Below are positions 9,464-23,323 of a stretch of DNA of 45,678 nucleotides, one piece after another; position 1 is the first letter of the stretch, and each line of letters begins with the position of its first letter. The notes below the pieces were generated by a model. That model did not search any database. It saw only the letters and a list, made by a program, of their open reading frames with translations, and had not been told where the DNA came from. This stretch comes from a virus (Duplodnaviria; Heunggongvirae; Uroviricota; Caudoviricetes), in the IMG/VR virus record IMGVR_UViG_2663763326_000005; one strand, 5' to 3'. Both the position numbers and the translations under genes were made by a program.

Positions 9464-12021
9464 CGTCCACCTCCGGAGAACAGGCCACCATCACGCATCT
9501 GTGTCTGAATTTCATCACGGGCACCCTTGCGGGCCATGTCATACACCGCCTTCAGAGCAGCCGGACCTATCTGCCCGTTCGTGCCGTCGTTGTTAATCAC
9601 CACATGGTTATTCTGCTCAAACGTCCCGGACGCCTGCGACCGGCTGTCTGCCATGCTGCCCGGTGTACCGACATAACCGCCGGTGGCATAGCCGCGCATC
9701 AGCCGGTAAAGATTCCCCACGCCAATCCGGCTGGTTGCCTCCTTCGTGAAGACAAACTCACCACGGTGAACAATCCCCGCTGGCTCATATTTGCCGCCGG
9801 TTCCCGTAAATCCTCCGGTTGCAAAATGGAATTTCGCCGCAGCGGCCTGAATGGCTGTACCGCCTGACGCGGATGCGCCGCCACCAACAGCCCCGCCAAT
9901 GGCGCTGCCGATACTCCCGACAATCCCCACCATTGCCTGCTTAAGCAGAATTTCTGTCATCATGGACAGCACGGAACGGGTGAAGCTGCGCCAGTTCTGC
10001 TCACTGCCGGTCAGCATCGCCGCCATATTCTGTGCAATACCATCAAAGGTCTGCGTGGCTGCACTTTTTACCTGCGACATACTGTCCGTGGCGCTCTCTT
10101 CCCACTCACTCCAGCCGGACTTCAGGCCTGCCATCCAGTTCCCGCGAAGCTGGTCTTCAGCCGCCCAGGTCTTTTTCTGCTCTGACATGACGTTATTCAG
10201 CGCCAGCGGATTATCGCCATACTGTTCCTTCAGGCGCTGTTCCGTGGCTTCCCGTTCTGCCTGCCGGTCAGTCAGCCCCCGGCTTTTCGCATCAATGGCG
10301 GCCCGTTTTGCCCGTTGCTGCTGTGCGAATTTATCCGCCTGCTGCGCCAGCGCGTTCAGGCGCTCCTGATACGTAACCTTGTCGCCAAGTGCAGCCAGCT
10401 GGCGTTTGTACTCCAGCGTCTCATCTTTATGCGCCAGCAGGGATTTCTCCTGTACAGACAGCTGGCGACGTTGCGCCGCCTCCTCCAGTACCGCGAACTG
10501 ACTCTCCGCCTTCCACAAATCCCGGCGCTGCTGGCTGATTTTCTCATTTGCTCCGGCATGCTTCTCCAGCGTCCGGAGTTCAGCCTGAAGCGTCAGCAGG
10601 GCAGCATGAGCACTGTCTTCCTGACGATCGCCCGCAGACACCTTCACGCCGGACTGCTTCGGCTTTTTCAGTGTCGTTTCATAGTCCTTTTTCGCTGCCG
10701 CCATCAGCGTGTTGTAATCTGCCTGCAGGATTTTTCCGTCTTTCAGGGCCTTATTCAGTTCTTCCTGACGGGCGGCATATTTCTCCAGCGGCGTCTGCAG
10801 CCGTTCGTAAGCCTTCTGCGCCTCTTCGGTATATTTCAGCCGTGACGCTTCGGTATCGCTCTGCTGCTGCGCATTTTTGTCCTGTTGACTCTGCTGTTCA
10901 GCCTTCTTTCGGGCGGCTTCAAGCGCAAGACGGGCCTTTTCACGATCATCCCAGTAACGCGCCCGCGCTTCATCGTTAACAAAATAATCATCCTTGCGCA
11001 GATTCCAGATGTCGTCTGCTTTCTTAAACGCAGCCTCTGCCTTAATCAGCATCTCCTGCGCGGTATCAGGACGACCAATATCCAGCACCGCATCCCACAT
11101 GGATTTGAATGCCCGCGCAGTCCTGTCTGCCCAGGTCTCCAGCGTGCCCATGTTCTCTTTCAGGCGGCGGGTCTGGTCATCAAACCCTTTCGTTGCGGCC
11201 TCGTTCGCCGCCTGCAATGCCCCGGCTTCATCGCCGGAACGCTGCAACTGAGCAACATACGCAATCTGCTCCGCCGTCACGTTATGGAACTGGCGTGCCA
11301 TCGCCGTCAGCCCCGACGTCGGGTCTGTGGTCAGCTTCCCGAAGGCTTCAGCGACCTTGTCCACCTCCACGCCGGATGCAGAGGAGAAACGCGCCACACT
11401 CTGGCTGATGGACGCAATCTGAGCCTCACCGCTTACCCCCGCCTTAACCAGTGCGCTGAGTGACTCGCTGGTCTGGTTAAACGTCAGCCCTGCCGCCTGC
11501 CCGGCTCTGGACAGGACCAGCATACGATCTGCCGTCAGACCCGCCTGATTGCCGGAAAGGACCAGCGTTTTGTTGAAATCGGACAGGGTTGAGTTGCCCT
11601 GATACCAGGCATACGCCAGCGCACCGGTCGCCACCGCCAGCGAGGTGGCCCCCACCATCGGCAGGGTGATCGCACCGGCAAGCCCCCTGAACATGGGGAT
11701 CATCCCGCCGAAGGAGTCCTTCACCTGCCCCCCCTGTTGCAGCAGGATCAGCCACGGACTTTGCCCGCCTGCAAGCTGCGTGGCCACGTCGGTGAACTGT
11801 GCAGGCAGCATACGCATGGCGGCTTTATACTGCCCGACGGAAATCCCCGCTTTCTGTGCAGCCAGCGCCTGTCGGCTCAGCGACTGTTCAACGACTGCCG
11901 CTGTTTTTTTCGCATCACTTTCCGTACCGGAAAAATGACGCCTGACTCTGGCCATCTGCTCGTCAAATCTGGCCGCATCCAGACTCAAATCAACGACCAG
12001 ATCGCCTACCGGTTCAGCCAT
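9460..12021 (-). CDS. H: tail tape measure protein H
   Basis: 853-aa ORF, MAEPVGDLVVDLSLDAARFDEQMARVRRHF.., same length and sequence character as lambda H. Confidence 0.9.
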   Translation of the reverse strand: MAEPVGDLVVDLSLDAARFDEQMARVRRHFSGTESDAKKTAAVVEQSLSRQALAAQKAGISVGQYKAAMRMLPAQFTDVATQLAGGQSPWLILLQQGGQVKDSFGGMIPMFRGLAGAITLPMVGATSLAVATGALAYAWYQGNSTLSDFNKTLVLSGNQAGLTADRMLVLSRAGQAAGLTFNQTSESLSALVKAGVSGEAQIASISQSVARFSSASGVEVDKVAEAFGKLTTDPTSGLTAMARQFHNVTAEQIAYVAQLQRSGDEAGALQAANEAATKGFDDQTRRLKENMGTLETWADRTARAFKSMWDAVLDIGRPDTAQEMLIKAEAAFKKADDIWNLRKDDYFVNDEARARYWDDREKARLALEAARKKAEQQSQQDKNAQQQSDTEASRLKYTEEAQKAYERLQTPLEKYAARQEELNKALKDGKILQADYNTLMAAAKKDYETTLKKPKQSGVKVSAGDRQEDSAHAALLTLQAELRTLEKHAGANEKISQQRRDLWKAESQFAVLEEAAQRRQLSVQEKSLLAHKDETLEYKRQLAALGDKVTYQERLNALAQQADKFAQQQRAKRAAIDAKSRGLTDRQAEREATEQRLKEQYGDNPLALNNVMSEQKKTWAAEDQLRGNWMAGLKSGWSEWEESATDSMSQVKSAATQTFDGIAQNMAAMLTGSEQNWRSFTRSVLSMMTEILLKQAMVGIVGSIGSAIGGAVGGGASASGGTAIQAAAAKFHFATGGFTGTGGKYEPAGIVHRGEFVFTKEATSRIGVGNLYRLMRGYATGGYVGTPGSMADSRSQASGTFEQNNHVVINNDGTNGQIGPAALKAVYDMARKGARDEIQTQMRDGGLFSGGGR

Positions 12022-12448
12022 ACCGGACTCCTCCTGCGATCCCTTCTGATACTGTCATCAGCATTACGTCATCCTCCGTCATGTCCGCCACATCCGGGGA
12101 AGCGGGGATAACTTCATTCCCGTCCGGGCCAAAGCGGACACCTCCGGCAAGCCCTGCCGCTTTCTGCATCAGCACATCATCTTCAGGCTCTTCGTCAGCC
12201 TCGCGCCGGTTCAGCAGACTGAAATCCAGCGGATGCATATCCGGATCGCTGAAAAACAGGCTGAGCACGGTGTACGTCAGCCCGGAAAAGTGCATATCCA
12301 GCAGAACATCATGAAAATAATGGGTACTGTAAAAGCGGTGCCAGTCGGCATACTCCGTGGATGACATCCCGGCAAGCATGGCACGCCAGTCGGGTCGCCC
12401 CATCTCACGCGCCAGTTTCAGGGCAAAACTCAGCTCACCGTCGAACAC
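12014..12448 (-). CDS. T: T portion of the tail assembly chaperone G-T fusion (reached by -1 frameshift from G)
   Basis: ORF in the -1 frame relative to G starting at the slippery site; FDGELSFALKLAREMGRPDWRAMLAGMSSTEYADW.. matches lambda gpT. Confidence 0.8.
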   Translation of the reverse strand: MFDGELSFALKLAREMGRPDWRAMLAGMSSTEYADWHRFYSTHYFHDVLLDMHFSGLTYTVLSLFFSDPDMHPLDFSLLNRREADEEPEDDVLMQKAAGLAGGVRFGPDGNEVIPASPDVADMTEDDVMLMTVSEGIAGGVRYG

Positions 12449-12852
12449 TTTCCCGCAGAAACAGGCTCTGCAGGCCCGGCGTCCTCTGCCTGTTCGGGGG
12501 CATTATTCACCACAAACTCATACATACCGGACAGCCGGTACACCACGTTTTCAGCATGAGAAATTGCCTCTGTGGGCCAGGTGGTAAGCACTTCCTGCTC
12601 AATCTGTTTAACGGCTTCATTCATGGACGGCATCTGCGTCTTCTTCGGATGGTTATGCCACAGGGACATCGCCACCAGAAACGCGCCGGTTCTGATGACG
12701 TCTTCCACAGTAACCTGCCGGTTGCTGTCGGATCCCGCCGGTTCTGCCTGCCGTTTCATCAGGGCAAGATGCTCAATACGCTGCAGGGCTGACAGTTCAG
12801 AAAGCGTGACGGTCACGCCGTTATATTCAAATGATTCGGTTTTCAGGAACAT
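12430..12852 (-). CDS. G: tail assembly chaperone G
   Basis: MFLKTESFEYNGVTVTLSELSALQRIEHLALMKRQAEPAGSDSNRQVTVEDVIRTGAFLVAMSLWHNHPKK; 140 aa as lambda G. Confidence 0.9.
   Translation of the reverse strand: MFLKTESFEYNGVTVTLSELSALQRIEHLALMKRQAEPAGSDSNRQVTVEDVIRTGAFLVAMSLWHNHPKKTQMPSMNEAVKQIEQEVLTTWPTEAISHAENVVYRLSGMYEFVVNNAPEQAEDAGPAEPVSAGKCSTVS
12448..12454 (-). other. programmed -1 ribosomal frameshift slippery heptamer G GGA AAG (G to G-T)
   Basis: Minus strand GGGAAAG (reverse complement of plus ctttccc, 12448-12454) sits near the end of G. Translation in the -1 frame from it gives ..GKVFDGELSF.., the start of the T ORF. Confidence 0.75.
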
Positions 12853-12867
12853 CGCTGACTCTCCGGA

Positions 12868-13608
12868 TTAACTGGCGGTGACGGTGATTTCTGCAACCGC
12901 AGCAAACTCACCATTACCGGATACAACCGGAATGTTGACCTTGCCTGCAGCAACGCCGTTCACGGTGATGGTCATACCGCTGACCGACACGGTGGCTTTT
13001 GTTTTATCCGCAGACACCGCACGGAAGCTCTTGTCGGTTGCGCCCTCCGGCTGGAATGCCACGGTCAGCGTAGTGCTCTGCCCTTTCACTACGGAAGCAC
13101 TGGCGGGTGTCACCGTCATGCCGGTTGTCGCCGTCACCGTGCTGCGATCTTCTGCCATCGACGGACGTCCCACGTTGGTGACTTTCACCGTGCGGGTGAT
13201 CACTTCCTTCGCCGTCACCGCCTTACCGATACTGCTGACCCAGCCGCGGAACACATCGACCGTGCCGTTCGGGAAGCGGATTTTATAGGCACGGGTATCC
13301 CCTTCATTAAACCACGCCAGCAGCGCCTGCTGCCCCTGCTCTCCGGGCATCCACGCCAGCGTGAAGCTGGTATCTCCGGCAGATTTCTGCCCCTGCCCGG
13401 TCGCAGTCCAGTCCGCATCTTCATCATCGAGATAGCTGTCGTCATAGGACTCAGCGCTCAGTTCGCCGGGCGTCAGGTCTTTAACTTTAGCCAGACGCGA
13501 CCAGTCAACGTCTGAAAGCGGGTTCGCATAAGGGTCACCGTTCCCCTTATAAACCCACAGGGTGGTCCCGGCCCCTTTCACCGGCATTACTGGATTTGGT
13601 ACAGGCAT
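12868..13608 (-). CDS. V: major tail protein V
   Basis: From internal Met, [50 protein letters not shown].. matches lambda V, including a C-terminal Ig-like extension. Confidence 0.9.
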   Translation of the reverse strand: MPVPNPVMPVKGAGTTLWVYKGNGDPYANPLSDVDWSRLAKVKDLTPGELSAESYDDSYLDDEDADWTATGQGQKSAGDTSFTLAWMPGEQGQQALLAWFNEGDTRAYKIRFPNGTVDVFRGWVSSIGKAVTAKEVITRTVKVTNVGRPSMAEDRSTVTATTGMTVTPASASVVKGQSTTLTVAFQPEGATDKSFRAVSADKTKATVSVSGMTITVNGVAAGKVNIPVVSGNGEFAAVAEITVTAS

Positions 13609-13615
13609 ATCGTCC

Positions 13616-14011
13616 TCACATTTCATAGGTAATGACATAAGTCAGATCGGCTGAACTCCACAGGCCCGCATCATCGTCGCGCCGGTAGTCATAGCCACTG
13701 GCCACCATACTGGTGATCAAATCTGACAGTGCCGGGACATCGCTCATCACCGGATAAATCCGGGACTCCATCCACGAATCCAGCTCTGAATCCGGCACCT
13801 GAGCAGGCAGGAAAACTTCAATATGCAGCTCCGCCTGCCAGGTATCGCTGTCCAGCTCTTCGCCCGTGTATTCAGCGCCGGTGAGATAAACGGCAACTGC
13901 CGGAAAATCCTCCTCATCAAAAACAGCGGGGCGACCATCAAAAAGCGTCGCCCCGGTGTCATGTTTTTCCAGTGCATCCAGTACGGCTGCACGGAGTTCT
14001 GTATGTTTCAT
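13616..14011 (-). CDS. U: tail terminator protein U
   Basis: [54 protein letters not shown]; 131 aa as lambda U. Confidence 0.9.
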   Translation of the reverse strand: MKHTELRAAVLDALEKHDTGATLFDGRPAVFDEEDFPAVAVYLTGAEYTGEELDSDTWQAELHIEVFLPAQVPDSELDSWMESRIYPVMSDVPALSDLITSMVASGYDYRRDDDAGLWSSADLTYVITYEM

Positions 14012-14585
14012 CGCTTTATTACCATCCTCAGTTGATGCTGCAGCGCATAGCCCAGCTCTTTCGGAAGACGTTCACGCCGTATCCGCTCAATATTCTGTTT
14101 AAACGCCGTGGTCAGCGGCACTGCCATCGGGATTTTCACCACATCAATGGGGTAACGGTTTTTCCCGGCCACACGCTGCATGACATGCCATCGGCCATTT
14201 TTCAGTTGCTGAATAAACGCGCCGGGAATACGACGGTTTCCCACCACAAGCACGCTGTCGCCACCTTTCAGGGATGAACGCTGCCCCTTTTTACGACGCC
14301 TGCGTCGGGACAGGACAACCCGCGCGTTACCCAGCCTGATTACGGGCAAATCCCCCGGTTAACCTTGATTCTGGCCTGCGGATTTTTGACCGTGGCCCTT
14401 TTCAGCCTGGCCCTTTCCTTTACCAGTTTCCGGCGTACCTTTGTCTCACGGGCAACCTGTGACGCCGACTGCGATATCGCGGATGAAGCAACGCGGTTAA
14501 TGGCCATTGCGGCGGCACCGGGCACCGCCGTTCTGCTGATACGGCTGAGGTTTTCAACGGCCTGCTCAAGACCTTTTATGGCCAT
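14008..14585 (-). pseudogene. Z: tail completion protein Z, reading frame interrupted once
   Basis: ORF 14340..14585 (MAIKGLEQAVENLSRISRTAVPGAAAMAINRVASSAISQSASQVARETKVRRK..KVNRG) and ORF 14008..14349 (..VIRLGNARVVLSRRRRRKKGQRSSLKGG..) are the N- and C-terminal parts of lambda Z in different frames. The join is at a C5/G5 run (14352-14356). Confidence 0.85.
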
Positions 14586-14596
14586 ACATCCCCCCT

Positions 14597-14950
14597 TCAG
14601 CGACGACGGTTAACGGCAGGCGGCACGCCACGCCCAAGCCAGAGATGACAGCTTCCGCCATCATCCGTCGAAATCCGGTCTATCCAGAAGTTTTCCTCAC
14701 CGATGGTCAGCGTGTCGCCGCGCCGCAGCTGCCGCACATCATCAGTCCGGACAAACAGGGACGGGCTGGAGCCTTCAACGCGCACGCCCTGTCCGGCATA
14801 GCTGATATTTTCAGGGTCATCAAAAACACCACGTATTACTGCGCCGGACTGCTCACCGGATGTCATGGTGGCTGACGTTCCCATGTACCCGCGTATCGTT
14901 TCATCGGCGCGGACAATGGCAGCATCGAACAGGTTATCGAAATCAGCCAC
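14597..14950 (-). CDS. FII: head-tail connector protein FII
   Basis: MADFDNLFDAAIVRADETIRGYMGTSATMTSGEQSGAVIRGVFDDPENISYAGQGVRVEGSSPSLFVRTDD; 117 aa. Confidence 0.9.
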   Translation of the reverse strand: MADFDNLFDAAIVRADETIRGYMGTSATMTSGEQSGAVIRGVFDDPENISYAGQGVRVEGSSPSLFVRTDDVRQLRRGDTLTIGEENFWIDRISTDDGGSCHLWLGRGVPPAVNRRR

Positions 14951-14961
14951 AGCGCCTCCCG

Positions 14962-15360
14962 TTATTGCATTCTGGCCAGGCCACGTTCTGTCATTTCGGC
15001 TGCCACACCGGCAGAGACACGGAACGCCGTTCCCGGAAGCACAAATGCCACAGGTTCATCCCGCGTGGCGTGAAGTGCATCAGTATGCAGCGTCACCAGT
15101 GCCACGACCGTGACCAGTTCAGACGTATCCAGAATCACGGTATCCGGCTGCGCTGATCCCACCTCATTTTCATGTCCGGTCAGCACATTTTCCCGGCTGA
15201 GAGGGGTGTCCTGACCGGCAGTTTCATCCGTGTCATCAAGCTCCTCTTCCAGCTCTGCCACACGGAGCGCCAGTTCTTCTTTCGTCCCCGTCAGGCTGAC
15301 ATCACGGTTCAGTTGTTCACCCAGCGAGCGGAGACGGGCAATCAGTTCATCTTTCGTCAT
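14962..15360 (-). CDS. FI: DNA packaging protein FI
   Basis: From internal Met, MTKDELIARLRSLGEQLNRDVSLTGTKEELALRVAELEEELDD.. matches lambda FI. Confidence 0.85.
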   Translation of the reverse strand: MTKDELIARLRSLGEQLNRDVSLTGTKEELALRVAELEEELDDTDETAGQDTPLSRENVLTGHENEVGSAQPDTVILDTSELVTVVALVTLHTDALHATRDEPVAFVLPGTAFRVSAGVAAEMTERGLARMQ

Positions 15361-15401
15361 GGACTCCTCCACAGAGAAACAATGGCCCCGAAGGGCCATG
15401 A

Positions 15402-16427
15402 TTACGCCAGTTGTACGGACACGAACTCATCAGGGTCAGCCAGCAGCATCAGCGGTGCTGACTGAATCATGGTGAACTCACGCGCCGGATCGCCGGTGGT
15501 CACCCAGTTTTTCGGGTAACGGGCAGAGGCGTTAATGCCTTCGAGCTGTGCGTCCGCATCCTGAATGCAGCCATAGGTGCGCAGACCGCGTGCCTGAGTG
15601 TTCCCCAGCACCATCGTGTTGTCCGGCAGGAAGTTCTTTTTGACGCCGTTTTCCACGTACTGTCCGGAATACACGACGATGGCCACATCGCCATACATCC
15701 CCTTATAGGACACCGCTTTACCCAGGTCTTTCACCGCTGTCTCCAGCTCGGAATTAGAACCACGACGGGTATCCAGCTTCTCCTTGACGGCTTTGAAGGA
15801 ACGGAACAGCGCCCAGCCTTTCGGATCGAACACGATGATATTCACCACACCGCTGGCGTTCAGCGCGTAGGCTTCGATATCGTCGGTCGGGTCATACGTG
15901 GACTTGTCACGCTTGCTCCACTCCGTGCCGCCGGACTGCGTGATGTTATTCTCCTCACTGCGGCCCATATCCACCTCAACCGGATCGAAGGCTTCACCGG
16001 TCATGGTGTATTTGCCCTTAAGCACGGCAGAAACTGCCTGCATCTCTTCGACCTGAGCAATGGCCAGCTCTTCGTCACGCATGTTCTGCATGATGATGCG
16101 ACGGCGGCGGTAAGCCGGGTCCACCAGATTCTGCGGATCTTCATCCGGCAGGCGACGCAGGGTCATCTGCGGATTCACTTCATGCTTCGGCTTGACATAT
16201 CCCGGCGTAAATTCAGAGGTGGAGCCGCCACGGGAACGGATAACCTCACCGGAAACAATCGGCGAAACGTACAGCGCCATGTTTACCAGTCCCGGAATTT
16301 GTGAGAGATAGACTTTCTCCGTGGTGAAGGGATAGCTCTCACGGAAAAAGAGACGCAGAAACAGCGGATCAAACTTAAATTTCTGCTCATTTGCCGCCAG
16401 CAGCTGGGCGGTTGTGTACATCGACAT
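15402..16427 (-). CDS. E: major capsid protein E
   Basis: From internal Met, MSMYTTAQLLAANEQKFKFDPLFLRLFFRESYPFTTEKVYLSQIPGLVNMALYVSP.. matches lambda E (341 aa). Confidence 0.9.
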   Translation of the reverse strand: MSMYTTAQLLAANEQKFKFDPLFLRLFFRESYPFTTEKVYLSQIPGLVNMALYVSPIVSGEVIRSRGGSTSEFTPGYVKPKHEVNPQMTLRRLPDEDPQNLVDPAYRRRRIIMQNMRDEELAIAQVEEMQAVSAVLKGKYTMTGEAFDPVEVDMGRSEENNITQSGGTEWSKRDKSTYDPTDDIEAYALNASGVVNIIVFDPKGWALFRSFKAVKEKLDTRRGSNSELETAVKDLGKAVSYKGMYGDVAIVVYSGQYVENGVKKNFLPDNTMVLGNTQARGLRTYGCIQDADAQLEGINASARYPKNWVTTGDPAREFTMIQSAPLMLLADPDEFVSVQLA

Positions 16428-16482
16428 AAAAAAATCCCGTAAAAAAAGCCGCACAGGCGGCCTTTAGTGATGAAGGGTAAAG

Positions 16483-16815
16483 TTAAACGATGCTGATTGC
16501 CGTTCCGGCAAACGCGGTCCGTTTTTTCGTCTCGTCGCTGGCAGCCTCCGGCCAGAGCACATCCTCATAACGGAACGTGCCGGACTTGTAGAACGTCAGC
16601 GTGGTGCTGGTCTGGTCAGCAGCAACCGCAAGAATGCCAACGGCAGCACCGTCGGTGGTGCCATCCCACGCAACCAGCTTACGGCTGGAGGTGTCCAGCA
16701 TCAGCGGGGTCATTGCAGGCGCTTTCGCACTCAATCCGCCGGGCGCGGTTGCGGTATGAGCCGGGTCACTGTTGCCCAGCGGCTGGTAATGGGTAAAGGT
16801 TTCTTTGCTCGTCAT
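16483..16815 (-). CDS. D: capsid decoration protein D
   Basis: [68 protein letters not shown] matches lambda D. Confidence 0.9.
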   Translation of the reverse strand: MTSKETFTHYQPLGNSDPAHTATAPGGLSAKAPAMTPLMLDTSSRKLVAWDGTTDGAAVGILAVAADQTSTTLTFYKSGTFRYEDVLWPEAASDETKKRTAFAGTAISIV

Positions 16816-16824
16816 AAACATCCC

Positions 16825-18124
16825 TTACACTGGTGTGTTCAGCAAATCGTTAACGGCATCAGATGCCAGGTTACCTGCAGCCAGCGGTGCCGGTGCCCCC
16901 TGCATCAGACGATCCAGCGCAGTGTCACTGCGCGCCTGTGCACTCTGTGGTGCAACTGCCAGAATGCGGCGGGCCGTTTCCACGGTCATACCAGGGGTTT
17001 CGGCCAGCACGCGTGCCTGTTCTTCGCGTCCGTGAGCTTCCTCACAGTTGAGGATCCCCATAATGCGACTGTTTTCTGCCGCAACCGCTGCGGTGATCTG
17101 CGCGTTCACGTCCGGCTGCGCAGCGCTGGCGTTCTCGCCCTCCGTCGCTGGCACCACGCCAGTAACGTCAGCCTGCGAAGCAGTGGCTGAAACAGTTGTT
17201 GATTGAGTCTCTTTGGTCATTCGCCCTCCTGAGAGACGGGATTTACGTGCATCCAGTGCATCACGCATGACGGTGATCGCATCGGTACTGTTAACAAGTT
17301 CATCAGCCAGTCCGGCATCAATGGCCTCCTGACCGCTGTACACTGCAGCCTCGGTATCCAGCACAGCCTGCACGGACAGGCCGGTATATGCCGACACCTT
17401 CTGTGCAAACATCCGGCGGGTTGCATCCATCCGGGACTGCAGTGTTTCCCGGACATCATCCGGTAGATGGCTGTAGGGGTTGCCATCCACCTTATGGCTG
17501 CCGCTGTAAATCAGCGTGATTTCCACGCCCTGTTTCTCCAGCGCAGCACCGTAATTACTGTGAGCCATCATGACGCCGATGGAGCCTGTCCGGGCGGTCT
17601 GCGTGACCAGACGTCGGGAGGCGGCGCTGGCAAGCAACTGACCTGCACTGCAGTTCATGTCGTTGGCCAGCGCCCATACCGGCTTTATGTCACGCACACG
17701 GGCGATGATGTCAGCGCAGTCAAATGCCCCTGCCACCATCCCGCCTGGCGTATCCATATCGAGCAGAATGCCGTCCACCATCGGGTCGCTGGCAGCCTGT
17801 TGCAGACGGGCGATAATGCCGTTGTAACCGGTCATCCCCGAATACGGCTGCAGCGCTCGCGTCCGACTGACCAGCGTGCCGGACACCGGCAGCACGGCGA
17901 TGCCGTTCATGACCTGATAACTGCGGGCCTGTCGTGGTCCGTCATCATCAACGGATAACGCCAGCGCCGCGGGTGCCTCTCCGGCAGTCAGGCTGTCGCC
18001 GGATACCGCATCCGTCAGGCGGCTGATCCCAAGCTGGCCTGCAAGCGCACAAAAGAAAACCCGCGCATAGGCGGGTTCAAGCATCAGCGGCTCATTAAAG
18101 GCCATACTGGCAATATGCGGGAGA

Positions 18125-18144
<20 letters not shown>
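16825..18144 (-). CDS. C: head protease / scaffold C, with nested in-frame Nu3
   Basis: ..TAELRNLPHIASMAFNEPLMLEPAYARVFFCALAGQLGIS.. matches lambda C. Likely GTG start at 18144 preceded by GGAGG; the ORF-track start at 18279 is an upstream extension overlapping B. Confidence 0.85.
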
Positions 18145-21825
<3,681 letters not shown>

Positions 21826-21851
<26 letters not shown>

Positions 21852-22371
21852 TCAGCAACCCCGGTATCAGTTCATCCAGCGCGGCTGCTTTGTTCATGGC
21901 TTTGATGATATCCCGTTTCAGGAAATCAACATGTCGGTTTTCCAGTTCCGGAAAACGCCGCTGCACCGACAGGGGGATCCCGTCGAGAATACTGGCAATT
22001 TCACCTGCGATCCGCGACAGCACGAAAGTACAGAATGCGGTTTCCACCACTTCAGCGGAGTCTCTGGCATTTTTCAGCTCCTGTGCGTCGGCCTGCGCAC
22101 GCGTAAGTCGATGGCGTTCGTACTCAATAGTCCCTGGCTGGAGATCTGTCTCGCTGGCCTGTCGCAGTTCTTCAACCTCCCGGCGCAGCTTTTCGTTCTC
22201 AATTTCAGCATCCCTTTCGGCATACCATTTTATGACGTCGGCAGAGTCATAAAGCACCTCATTACCCTTCCCACCGCCTCGCAGAACGGGCATTCCCTGC
22301 TCCTGCCAGTTCTGAATAGTACGGATACTCGCGCCGAAAATGTCAGCCAGCTGCTTTTTGTTGACTTCCAT
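21826..22371 (-). CDS. Nu1: terminase small subunit Nu1
   Basis: MEVNKKQLADIFGASIRTIQNWQEQGMPVLRGGGKGNEVLYDSADVIKWYAERDAEIENEKLRREVEELRQASE; 181 aa. Confidence 0.9.
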
Positions 22372-22379
22372 TGTTCATT

Positions 22380-22600
22380 CCACGGACAAAAACAGAGAAA
22401 GGAAACGACAGAGGCCAAAAAGCCCGTTTTCAGCACCTGTCGTTTCCTTTCTTTTCAGGGAGTGTTTTAAATAAAAACATTAAGTTACGGCGAAGAAGAA
22501 CGGAAACGCCTTAAACCGGAAAATTTTCATAAATAGCGAAAACCCGCGAGGTCGCCGCCCCGTAACCTGTTGGATCGACGGAAAGGACCCGAAAACGAGA
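22380..22600. other. cos site region; cosN 12-nt cohesive end at 22549-22560, cosB toward Nu1
   Basis: Reverse complement of 22549-22560 is GGGCGGCGACCT, the lambda cohesive end, followed (toward Nu1) by CGCGGGTTTTCGCTATTTATGAAAATTTTCCGGTTTAAGGCGTTTCCGTTCTTCTTCG..., which is lambda cosB-like. Confidence 0.85.
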
Positions 22601-22708
22601 ATAATTATCACTTACAGCAAGAATCGAATCTGATCTATTATGGTGCTTGCTATTATGTGCCGGCACAAGTGCGTCGTTTACCGTCATTTCACACAGAGGC
22701 ATCATCAA

Positions 22709-22960
22709 ATGAAAATCAGAAATATTCTCGCTATCTCCCTTGCGACATCATCCTTCAGTTGCCTGGCATTTAAATCCTCGCCCAATGTGCTACCAGGACC
22801 AACGAATCAACTAACTGCGGTAGAAAGTAAAATTATCGGACATTTTTATGCCCCACACAGTACATTACCCGGAACAACCATCACAGGGACATGTGACGCC
22901 TCCCCCGTCCCGGGATGCACCTGTCCGTTTTGTACTATGCTGCGTAGCCAAAACCGATAA
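22709..22960 (+). CDS. small secreted Cys-containing protein (83 aa), hypothetical
   Basis: ATG at 22709 preceded by AGAGG; N-terminal signal-peptide-like MKIRNILAISLATSSFSCLA; C-terminal part has CxxxxxxxxCxC cysteines. Confidence 0.45.
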   Translation: MKIRNILAISLATSSFSCLAFKSSPNVLPGPTNQLTAVESKIIGHFYAPHSTLPGTTITGTCDASPVPGCTCPFCTMLRSQNR

Positions 22961-23021
22961 CATCCGCATTTACCTGGTATTCCATGATGAGTTCACGCAG
23001 CGACTGATAGAGGAAGGAAAG

Positions 23022-23201
23022 ATGGTTAGTAAAAGCAAGGCGCATTGCCGCCGCATGCTGCAGGCATTGCAACAGACGAGAGCAGGTATTTTTGACCAGT
23101 TGGAAAACTGCCAGCATACTTTGCCCGAGTATATCGCCATCTCATCGGAAACCAGTGCAACTCTTATTCATCGGGTTCCACCAGAGAAAAAGAAGAAATG
23201 A
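23022..23201 (+). CDS. small hypothetical protein (59 aa)
   Basis: ATG at 23022 preceded by AGGAAGGAAAG; ends 6 bp before a bidirectional hairpin. Confidence 0.3.
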   Translation: MVSKSKAHCRRMLQALQQTRAGIFDQLENCQHTLPEYIAISSETSATLIHRVPPEKKKK

Positions 23202-23207
23202 ACAGTG

Positions 23208-23232
23208 AGGCGTTGTGTGGCATACAACGCCT
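23208..23232. terminator. bidirectional terminator-like hairpin between convergent genes
   Basis: AGGCGTTGT-GTGGCAT-ACAACGCCT (9-bp stem) followed by TCTTCC on plus; on minus it is followed after a short gap by a T-rich run. Confidence 0.5.
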
Positions 23233-23323
23233 TCTTCCATCATTCCTCGTCAGCCATGACAAAAATATAACCGCTGGCTCTTTCATTTTTCTCCTGCTTC
23301 CAGCCCCTCTCTACCTGGAAGCA

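Noticed and set aside
9110-11938. Multiple plus-strand ORFs (e.g. 9202..9867, 9851..10369, 10885..11463)
   Set aside because: Antisense to M and H, which are full-length lambda proteins on the minus strand; GC-rich shadow frames.
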